From an uncultured virus (IMG/VR IMGVR_UViG_3300046103_003349) (taxonomy: Duplodnaviria > Heunggongvirae > Uroviricota > Caudoviricetes): a stretch of DNA of 64,000 nucleotides. Of the stretch, positions 56,464-64,000 are shown one piece after another. The position numbers and the translations under genes are program-made. The stretch lies in the IMG/VR virus record IMGVR_UViG_3300046103_003349; one strand, written 5' to 3'. Below the pieces are notes generated by a model. That model was not told the origin of the DNA and did not search any database. It worked only from the letters and a program-made list of their open reading frames with translations. Every line of letters starts with the position of its first letter. Within the stretch, counting starts at the first letter, position 1.

Positions 56464-57516
56464 TTATTTTGTTTTAACCATATCTATATACACCTCTTTG
56501 ATATTATCATCATCCCTAACCCATCCTGCATTGCTCTCAATTTGTTTCCTCTGACTTTTTGATGTAACCCAAATTTGTTTTGTAGGACCCCATTTTTTAT
56601 ACTCCTTAAACTCTCTTTTTGGTATATCCATATCACTAAAAAATACTACACACATTTCATAGTCAGGATTTTCTTTTTGTTTAGTTCTTTCTATATCTCC
56701 AAGTTTTCTAAATGCACCATCAAATGATGTACCTCCTCCTCCGTGATATATTAATCTATTAGTTACATCTTTTAAAGGAACTTCTTCATCAGGAACACCA
56801 AACTTAGGGTCATTCTCATAATCTCTCATATTACAATCATTACAAACCCAAAATTGACCTGAATATTTTTTAGATAACTCAGGAATAAATTGAGATAATA
56901 ATTCTAAAAAAGAAACCCCTCCATCAGTATATCTACTCATACTACCTGATTGGTCCATAAGTACAATAACTTCTTTGTCTTTTTTTATGACTTTGTTTTT
57001 TGCTTTTCTAAAAATGGCAAGTCCTTGAGATATATAAGTTTGTGCACCTTCATAGTCTAAATGTTTTCTTCCCATTTTAGGCAAACCTATCAAGTCCCCT
57101 AATCCTGCTTCAATTTCCGAGAACCATACAGGTTCACCACCTTCAATTTCAGGCAATTCTATATATCCTATATCCGTACCTTTTCCTTCTCCTGCTTGTG
57201 TTTCATATGGCACAATGCTATCTCCTTCAGGGAAATCTATCTTATTACTTAATATTTCTTCTTTTATCTGCCTTACATTAAACTCAGCATCTCTAATGTC
57301 TTTTAAATCTTGAGCACTTAGTTCCTCTCCTTCTTTAAAAGCATTTTTTTCCATTGACCCACAAGATTGAGGCATTTCGGATGTAATTGGATTTAGGATT
57401 TTATTTTGTTTATTAATATCTCCTTTAAGCCTATCTACAAGACTCTCAAGATTTTCATTTAATCCTGAAATTATATTATTATATTTTTCTATCTTGTCTT
57501 TATATTCCATTACCAT
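56464..57516 (-). CDS. von Willebrand factor A (vWA) domain protein
   Basis: MIDAS VLMDQSGSM, GGGGTSF, VFFSD. Confidence 0.85.
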   Translation of the reverse strand: MVMEYKDKIEKYNNIISGLNENLESLVDRLKGDINKQNKILNPITSEMPQSCGSMEKNAFKEGEELSAQDLKDIRDAEFNVRQIKEEILSNKIDFPEGDSIVPYETQAGEGKGTDIGYIELPEIEGGEPVWFSEIEAGLGDLIGLPKMGRKHLDYEGAQTYISQGLAIFRKAKNKVIKKDKEVIVLMDQSGSMSRYTDGGVSFLELLSQFIPELSKKYSGQFWVCNDCNMRDYENDPKFGVPDEEVPLKDVTNRLIYHGGGGTSFDGAFRKLGDIERTKQKENPDYEMCVVFFSDMDIPKREFKEYKKWGPTKQIWVTSKSQRKQIESNAGWVRDDDNIKEVYIDMVKTK

Positions 57517-57725
57517 TTATTTTGAGGACAAGATTGTCCACTTAAAAGAGTTTTTGCTTTTAATATACACCCACAAGTTAATTGATTACCATTACTATCA
57601 TATTCAGGCTTTAATAATGTCCCACAAGTTAACCCCACTCCGTAGGTTTGCCTTACATAAGGGCATCTACTACATATGTTCAATCTGTCCTGTGCATTTA
57701 ATCTTCTTGGTGTGTTATTCCACAT
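57510..57725 (-). CDS. Small Cys-rich protein (RLxICxxC...CGC...CP..KW)
   Basis: Six Cys in a pattern common in phages. Confidence 0.7.
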   Translation of the reverse strand: MWNNTPRRLNAQDRLNICSRCPYVRQTYGVGLTCGTLLKPEYDSNGNQLTCGCILKAKTLLSGQSCPQNKW

Positions 57726-57726
57726 A

Positions 57727-59208
57727 TTATATTAATTTTTGTAATTCAGCTAATGCTTTATCTATGTTTGACATCTCTTCTCTTGTTAATTTTCCTTCGT
57801 GTTTGTTCTTTATGTTTTTAAAATTATCAATTGAACTTTTAATTTTAACATTTAAGTTTATTTCTTCTATTTTTTCTTCTAACTCTTTTTTCCTTTTTAA
57901 TTGCTCATCAGTCCAACTTATTTCTTCTTCTGACCCTTCTTTTTCAGAATCTTTATCTTCTGAACTATCTCCTTCCCCATCTTCTTTTTCTTTACTTTCT
58001 TTATCTTTTTTTGACCCCTCTTTTGTATCTTCTGAAACATTTTCATCTTCAGTTAATTCATCAGACCAAACTCCTTCTCCTTGATTGTTTCCATCTACAC
58101 CTCCATTAATTAAATCCTCAAGAATTTCTTCTTTTTCTTTAATTATATCTTCAGGAGATTTATTACCACCATCTCCTTCTCCATCTTCTCCTTCTCCATC
58201 TTCTCCTTCTCCATCTTCTCCACTATCATCTCCTCCTGCCTGTGGAGAGCCATCATCACCATCATCTCCATATTCCCCTTGCTCCCCCTCTTCATCAGGA
58301 ACGGCTGATATTATTTCTTTCTCAGTATAAATACCTAAGTATTCACCACTCTTTACAAATCTCATCCCTTGTGCTCTTTGATTTTCAACTTCTTCTAAAA
58401 AACTTGCAAATTCTTCATCTGAAATACCTTCAATAATAAAATCCCCTTTTTCATCAATATCTACTATAATGCCCGGCTCTCCTTTATATTCTGAAGATTT
58501 TTTATCTATTATAACATAATCTCCCACTTCAAAACTATCTTTTTTGTTGTCATCAGGCTTTTTATCAATGTTATCTTTCTTTTTTCTTTCGTTAGCTTTA
58601 TTAAACTTATTTGCTATTATAAACCATTCAGGAACATATGGAGTTTCTTCATTATATGGTAAATCAATTTTAGGAAATTGTGATTCAGGAACTAATAATT
58701 CAACCTCTTTGTCTTTAAAATATAAACATTTATAAACTTGAGATAATGCTTCTCTGTCAAGTTGGTCATTTATTCTAATGTCCATACAACAATTACTATT
58801 TCTTACTTTACTAAAAGGCATTTTCAACAAACAATCTCCTCTTAAAATGTGTCCCATTTCGTGTCTAAAAGCAGCCTTCATACTTGGCTCCCAAAAACAC
58901 ATATATTTTGTGTAAGTAGGATAGCCTATATAAAAAACTTTTCTTTCTCTTGAGTATGCTGAATAAAATGTTGTAGCAGATGGGTCATAGTATAGGTCTA
59001 CCGATGTAGGAATCATTCCTGCTTTTCTAATTAATGGTTCAAGAGTAAGAATTCTAAATTCATCATCTATTCTTTCAATTGATTTGGCTATTCTTGAAGA
59101 ATTATTTTTTATAACACTAAATTTCTTAGTTCCAATATCTTCTTTTACACTTTTGATATAAAATTCCCAAAATTGATTCCAATCATTATAATACTTATGC
59201 TCAATCAT
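57727..59208 (-). CDS. Metallopeptidase-like protein (DUF2201 N-terminal type) with acidic linker
   Basis: RHEMGHILRGD, NCCMDIRINDQL; KOW/SH3-like FEVGDYVII; GEDGE repeats. Confidence 0.75.
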   Translation of the reverse strand: MIEHKYYNDWNQFWEFYIKSVKEDIGTKKFSVIKNNSSRIAKSIERIDDEFRILTLEPLIRKAGMIPTSVDLYYDPSATTFYSAYSRERKVFYIGYPTYTKYMCFWEPSMKAAFRHEMGHILRGDCLLKMPFSKVRNSNCCMDIRINDQLDREALSQVYKCLYFKDKEVELLVPESQFPKIDLPYNEETPYVPEWFIIANKFNKANERKKKDNIDKKPDDNKKDSFEVGDYVIIDKKSSEYKGEPGIIVDIDEKGDFIIEGISDEEFASFLEEVENQRAQGMRFVKSGEYLGIYTEKEIISAVPDEEGEQGEYGDDGDDGSPQAGGDDSGEDGEGEDGEGEDGEGDGGNKSPEDIIKEKEEILEDLINGGVDGNNQGEGVWSDELTEDENVSEDTKEGSKKDKESKEKEDGEGDSSEDKDSEKEGSEEEISWTDEQLKRKKELEEKIEEINLNVKIKSSIDNFKNIKNKHEGKLTREEMSNIDKALAELQKLI

Positions 59209-61514
59209 TATAATATAGTAGATGAATTATTTAATTTACCTATTAATTCCTTTAGCCTTACACCCTCTCCTGTTTTCTTCATTTTTTCTGAAAAGTCGTT
59301 ATTATAGTAGCCTTCTAGTATTGGTTTAACTTCAGGACTACTTAAAAAATTCCATTCTTTTTCGTAGCTTCCTCCCTTTTTTGATTCTTGTAAGAAGAGA
59401 ATATATTTGTCATTATCTTCTAAAATAATTCCTATTATATTTATTAATACTCCTTGTAAATAATATTTTCTATACAATGCAAAAGATAATGAATTATAAT
59501 AACTATAATATTTACCATATAAAGATTGAGATTCCACTTGTTTTCTTTGTTGTGGCTTCATACCTTTAAGTTTTTTATTACTTGCTCCAAACATTAACTC
59601 TTCAGTTTGTTCTTTATCAGCACTTAAAGTATGAGTATTTCCTTCCCCTGCTTGATTTAAAAAGTTATCAAAAAATTTATCAATTCTTAGAAGTTGTGAA
59701 TTAAATAAATCTGTGTCTAATTTTCTATCTAATCTTAAATTTAACATTATTTGCTGATATATAAATGGTATCATTTTATCTCCTACTGATGATATTTGGT
59801 CGTAATCTCCTGCCTCATTTATGTTTGATGCCTCTATGTGGCTTAATGCTTGTTCAGTCCAATTAGATAGTGCAGATGGGTTTCCTATTGTTAGTTGGTA
59901 TTTATCTTGTAATTCTCCTTTTAATGCCTCAAAATATATGTCTTTTCTTTCTTTATATGTTTGAATTATTTCTTTTCTTAATCTCATCAATGGAGTCAAT
60001 GTCCCTCCCCCAACTTTAGTTGCCCCTGCCATAACAGATTGATAATCTCCTTCTTGAAAAATATATAATTCTTTTGCTAAACACAAATATAATTCAACCA
60101 TATCTTTAAGTAATGATTGCACTCCTTCATCTTTAGCAATATCTCCTCCTAAATAATTATCTCTCCATATTTGTCCAAATGCAGTTTTATTAAAAAGTTC
60201 TTTTGTGTTACTTCTTAAATTAATTTCAGCAGACTCAAAATTATTATTTTCTGCCTTTAATATCTTTTGGAAATAAGAGTTAAAGTTTTGATATATAAAG
60301 TTTCCATCTATGTCTGTTTTATTTAACATTTTAGGTAAAAAACTATATTGCCATTGCAGATTTACCTCATCAAGAAAAGCAATCTTTCTTAATAAAAGCC
60401 CTACATTCATTCTATTTGGCAGAAACTCATCTACACAATTCATTATTTGAGAAACTTCATCCTTAGGTGGATATAATGACATAGTGCTTCTCATTATAAT
60501 TTGACAAAATCTTCTAAATAATGCTCCCTCTATATCTTTAGTAGCATTTGCTATACCAATAATTCTACAATCCAATAAAGGCAAACCTTTTTTAATCTGT
60601 GTACGAATTAAATCTGCCATAGAACGATAAGAACCATATTCTACTTCCAAAGGAATAGGCATACCTTTTTTATCATTAATTTCTTTCATTGTCCAACTTT
60701 TCAATGTTCTTTCACGAACAATATGTAAAAGTGGAGCATATTTCTCAGTTTCGCCTTCTCCTACTTTGTCTAATTCATCAAGTATCAACCAATAATTACC
60801 ATAGCCTAATAAAGTACATAAATACATACACATATCTCTTATGTCATCTCTTCCTGCCTCATCAGTATCTAAAGTATATTCATATGCCGTACTTGACTGT
60901 ATATCAGTTTCTTTACTTCTTTTAAATTCAAAACCTTTAGAATTTAATATTTGTTTAGTACCTTTATTATCTGATAAAGTATTAAATCCATCATCAACCA
61001 AATTTACTAAAAGTTTATTTTCATTTGGAGGATATTTAATATCCATTAAGCAAATTAATATCTGATGCAATATTTTATATGAATATGTAAACTCAGTTCC
61101 CACCTTATCATATATCTTAATATAATTATCAAATATTCTTTGTCCGTTTGCTACTTGAGTTGAGATAGTGTTAGAATTAGGAAACCAATATGGTTTAAGA
61201 AATTTTAATATATCATCTCCTTGTTTTGTTGTTTGCCCCTTATCATTTTTTTTAGTTTCATAATCACTACTTATTAGTTTGGCTAAACCCTCAATATTTT
61301 CAGGTTTTTCAGAGCCTATGTAAAGAATTGATGAAGGTACTCTCCATTTTTCTGTTACCTCTATAATTGTGTATGATTTTCCAATAGAAGATTTACCTAC
61401 TACCAATACGGGTATATCATATCTTACAAGTTGCAAGATTGTTTTTAAAGTATCAGTTCCTACTTTTTCTAATTCTGCTTTTTGTTTTTTTATTTCGCCT
61501 TTATCTCTTGCCAT
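59208..61514 (-). CDS. MoxR/dynein-related AAA+ ATPase
   Basis: PVLVVGKSSIGKS, LILDELDK, IIGIAN, ALFRRF. Confidence 0.82.
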   Translation of the reverse strand: MARDKGEIKKQKAELEKVGTDTLKTILQLVRYDIPVLVVGKSSIGKSYTIIEVTEKWRVPSSILYIGSEKPENIEGLAKLISSDYETKKNDKGQTTKQGDDILKFLKPYWFPNSNTISTQVANGQRIFDNYIKIYDKVGTEFTYSYKILHQILICLMDIKYPPNENKLLVNLVDDGFNTLSDNKGTKQILNSKGFEFKRSKETDIQSSTAYEYTLDTDEAGRDDIRDMCMYLCTLLGYGNYWLILDELDKVGEGETEKYAPLLHIVRERTLKSWTMKEINDKKGMPIPLEVEYGSYRSMADLIRTQIKKGLPLLDCRIIGIANATKDIEGALFRRFCQIIMRSTMSLYPPKDEVSQIMNCVDEFLPNRMNVGLLLRKIAFLDEVNLQWQYSFLPKMLNKTDIDGNFIYQNFNSYFQKILKAENNNFESAEINLRSNTKELFNKTAFGQIWRDNYLGGDIAKDEGVQSLLKDMVELYLCLAKELYIFQEGDYQSVMAGATKVGGGTLTPLMRLRKEIIQTYKERKDIYFEALKGELQDKYQLTIGNPSALSNWTEQALSHIEASNINEAGDYDQISSVGDKMIPFIYQQIMLNLRLDRKLDTDLFNSQLLRIDKFFDNFLNQAGEGNTHTLSADKEQTEELMFGASNKKLKGMKPQQRKQVESQSLYGKYYSYYNSLSFALYRKYYLQGVLINIIGIILEDNDKYILFLQESKKGGSYEKEWNFLSSPEVKPILEGYYNNDFSEKMKKTGEGVRLKELIGKLNNSSTIL

Positions 61515-61515
61515 T

Positions 61516-62103
61516 TTATCTTATTGTTAATTTATCACAATTGTCGTTAATTTCACCTATATCAAGCATTTGACCCATACATTCATCATTTAAACACTCT
61601 ACGCTCATTACAGCCCCTTTTTTGTTTGATGCATCTATTACTGCTTGTATGTAATATTTGTATGTGTGTGAATTAGAAAATTCATCATCAATTTTTATAT
61701 TATCTATATTTAATAATTCAGTATTATAATAATTTGGCTTTAATTTTATCTGACCAATTTTTTTATTATCTCCTGCACCTGAAACATAAAAATCATATTG
61801 ATTACTATTTTTGGAATATCTGTTACAGATGGTTGGCTCGTACATAATACCACCTTTTTTAAATATTGTAATTTTCGCTCCTTTGTCAAAACTTACTCCA
61901 TTTCCATCTATTTCGTTAATTGCTGATGCAATTTCTCTTGGAGTTCCTTCAACTTTAAATTTTCTATCATCAGCCATTGATTTTTTATTAATTATGGCTT
62001 CACCTCCTTCAACCTCTATTTTTTGACCTGTTGACTTGACTGTCATTGGTATTCCTCCATCTTGATGTGATGGTCCTTTTGTAAATCCTCCTTTTGCTTT
62101 CAT
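61516..62103 (-). CDS. KGG-linked two-module protein: GPSHxxGG...EVEGGE domain + degenerate GNAT-like domain
   Basis: Start likely MKAKGG at 62103 (promoter box just upstream); FKKGG linker; LNIDNIKIDDEF. Confidence 0.65.
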   Translation of the reverse strand: MKAKGGFTKGPSHQDGGIPMTVKSTGQKIEVEGGEAIINKKSMADDRKFKVEGTPREIASAINEIDGNGVSFDKGAKITIFKKGGIMYEPTICNRYSKNSNQYDFYVSGAGDNKKIGQIKLKPNYYNTELLNIDNIKIDDEFSNSHTYKYYIQAVIDASNKKGAVMSVECLNDECMGQMLDIGEINDNCDKLTIR

Positions 62104-62110
62104 AATAAAA

Positions 62111-62139
62111 CAAAAATATAAAATATATTTGTATATTTG
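62111..62139. promoter_or_regulatory. Divergent -7 boxes: TATTTTTG (minus, 62111-62118) and tandem TATATTTG (plus, 62124-62131 and 62132-62139)
   Basis: TAnnTTTG on both strands between divergent ORFs. Confidence 0.55.
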
Positions 62140-62205
62140 AACCAATATTATAACAAGTTTTATGACTTTTTAATCAAAACTTGAAAAATAAAAAAAATTA
62201 TTTTT

Positions 62206-62424
62206 ATGAAAAATGGCAAAGTTTTACCCTCACAATTTACGACAGATAATGGAGAAATATCTCCAATTAGTGTAGCCTTTTTTGGATTAACTCTTGCAGT
62301 TATTTTTTATCAACTCACATTCTATCGTAAGTGGCTAAAATCAATTGACCATAGCAAAGAATTAGGAGAAAGAATGGATAGATTAGAATCTAAAAATCCC
62401 AAAAATAATTCATCAACTTCTTAG
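62206..62424 (+). CDS. Small single-TM protein, the only credible plus-strand gene
   Basis: ATG with A-rich upstream, plus-strand promoter boxes, TM followed by a charged helix. Confidence 0.6.
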   Translation: MKNGKVLPSQFTTDNGEISPISVAFFGLTLAVIFYQLTFYRKWLKSIDHSKELGERMDRLESKNPKNNSSTS

Positions 62425-62631
62425 TAATATTTTTTAACTTTTCTAACAACATTAACACACACAAAATCGTTAAAATAATAGCAAAATACACTACAAACGC
62501 AACCACACTATAAGGGGTAATAATTATACAAATAGGAATAAATAGGTATGGATTTCGTATAATTTTTGGTCTTAAAAAATAAATTTGAGGTAAAATAATG
62601 CTTTTAAAATTTATTTTAAAGAATATTTTTT

Positions 62632-63465
62632 TTAACATATCTTTAATTTATCTTCTACTATTTCTAAACCAACCTCTATTGCTCCTCCAACCCACGGTAT
62701 TACTCCTCCATCTCCATCTTTGTAGTTAATGAATCTTTCAACAACTTTCTCATAACCTGCTTCAGCTTTTTCGTGCTGCTTAAAGGAGGTATTATTTAAC
62801 TTTCTGCGTAAACTCTCTTCCCCACTTCTTATATAAGAATAATGGTGCATTTTAATATCTCTACTATTCAAAATTATAAAATCACCACAATCTATTGTTC
62901 TTGTTGGGTCAACGAAAATTGGACTAACACCACCCCCATAGTTTCTTTCATCGCATTTAACTATAAATGATATATATCCTAATGTTATACTTCTTTGCTT
63001 GGTGGCTTTCATAAATCCTTTTTTAGAAATAACAAGATTAGGTTTCTTGTAGTAATTATCATACTGCACATAACTTGTATCATAGTTATTAGATATTACA
63101 TAATCTTTTGCTTTTTCAAATTCTTCAGAAATAAACATTTCATCACAATCCATCGTTATATGATGAGTGCAATTACCCACCTTAACACATATATCTCTAC
63201 CTATATTTCTTTTTATTATTTCATTGATTTCTCCTCGCCCCCTTCCATCTATTTTTTTTGGGTTATAATGATATAAATAGTCTATTAGACCTCTTTTCTT
63301 CAAATCAAATAGAAAAGGCTCTAAATCATCTCTATACTGCCCATAATTAGATGTAGTTTGATAAACTACACATATAAAATCTACATTTTCTCTAATACAT
63401 AGAATTGAGTTTTCTAAATGCTCTTCTCCATCAAAAACATTGTAACTAACTCCTAAATTTCCCAT
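62632..63465 (-). CDS. GT-A fold glycosyltransferase-like protein
   Basis: VFDGEEHL, EIIKRNIG, HITMDCDE (DxD), MHHYSYIR. Confidence 0.75.
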   Translation of the reverse strand: MGNLGVSYNVFDGEEHLENSILCIRENVDFICVVYQTTSNYGQYRDDLEPFLFDLKKRGLIDYLYHYNPKKIDGRGRGEINEIIKRNIGRDICVKVGNCTHHITMDCDEMFISEEFEKAKDYVISNNYDTSYVQYDNYYKKPNLVISKKGFMKATKQRSITLGYISFIVKCDERNYGGGVSPIFVDPTRTIDCGDFIILNSRDIKMHHYSYIRSGEESLRRKLNNTSFKQHEKAEAGYEKVVERFINYKDGDGGVIPWVGGAIEVGLEIVEDKLKIC

Positions 63466-63511
63466 ACACTTTTTCTTTTAAATTTTAACCATTTATATTT
63501 TAACCAATAAA

Positions 63512-63916
63512 TCAAATTCTATTTGGGTTATCCCGTATTGCACCCTTAACACTATGTTGAGGAATAACCTCACCTGTATCTTCTACATAATACCTGTGTT
63601 TTTCCTCCATTCCAAATTCGTTTTTTATTCTTTTTATCTTAATATCATTTCTTTTTACTAAAACTATTTTTTCTCCTATTATATCTGTATAAAATTTAGG
63701 CTTATTATCCACCCCAACTCTTTTATTACTTCTAAGCCTAAACCAAATCTTTACAAAATCTGATTTAAAATAATTAACCTTTACAACATCAGATAAATGA
63801 AAATAAAATAAGATAGAGATAAAATATTCTTTCTTATTTCTGCTTTTAATTAATACAATATTAGTTATATCATCATTAATATTAGAGATAGAATATATTT
63901 TACCTGATACAATCAT
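63512..63916 (-). CDS. OB-fold ssDNA-binding-like protein (DUF3127-like)
   Basis: MIVSGKI...VKIWFRLRS...KFYTDIIGEKI. Confidence 0.55.
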   Translation of the reverse strand: MIVSGKIYSISNINDDITNIVLIKSRNKKEYFISILFYFHLSDVVKVNYFKSDFVKIWFRLRSNKRVGVDNKPKFYTDIIGEKIVLVKRNDIKIKRIKNEFGMEEKHRYYVEDTGEVIPQHSVKGAIRDNPNRI

Positions 63917-64000
63917 TAATTATTCTCATAGTATTGACTTGATGGTTCTTGGACTGTATGTCTATCCACCTTCTCAACGAAACAATCTAAATCATCGCAA

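Noticed and set aside
62390..62638. Minus-strand 82-aa hydrophobic ORF
   Set aside because: It overlaps the convergent plus-strand gene and its start is uncertain; it may be real in a shorter form but is unsupported.
1..64000. Eukaryotic giant virus, alternative genetic code, tRNA/rRNA genes
   Set aside because: Operon-like TAATG/ATGA overlaps, an Amidase_3 lysin, PG-binding domains and Bacteroidota promoter boxes indicate a bacterial host. Long ORFs are intact in code 11. No tRNA or rRNA was recognisable by eye.

Overview
This is an AT-rich, densely coding 64-kb segment in which almost every real gene is on the minus strand. It is most likely part of a large virus of marine Bacteroidota (Flavobacteria): it has TAnnTTTG -7 promoter boxes, A-rich translation starts with no Shine-Dalgarno, GCTD...DDGSC repeats and a DUF3127-like protein. 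No portal, terminase or tail genes are recognisable in the window. Instead there is an A32/FtsK-HerA-type packaging ATPase, a beta-rich capsid candidate with an acidic propeptide, an HExxH zinc peptidase and a ~25-kb block of more than 40 small membrane-anchored proteins, which points to a tailless, membrane-containing (Varidnaviria-like) virion. Two recurring peptide motifs stand out. An aromatic-x-N-x-x-G motif (WFNQSG, YANASG, WSNHPG, YLNAMG) marks the capsid candidate and many membrane proteins. A (F/Y/M)-A-K-G-G linker separates unrelated small domains in at least four polyproteins, one of which (1..2285) is missing from the ORF track. Both look like processing or sorting signals, and DNA-level repeats suggest they also act as module-shuffling junctions. 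Other genes: a DarB-like SNF2 helicase, a degenerate adenine MTase, a MoxR AAA+/metallopeptidase/vWA module, Mn-SOD, a PAP2 phosphatase, an Amidase_3 lysin, glycosyltransferases, a RusA-like resolvase and a DnaA-C-like HTH protein. All family calls are from motif recognition by eye; no database search was run.
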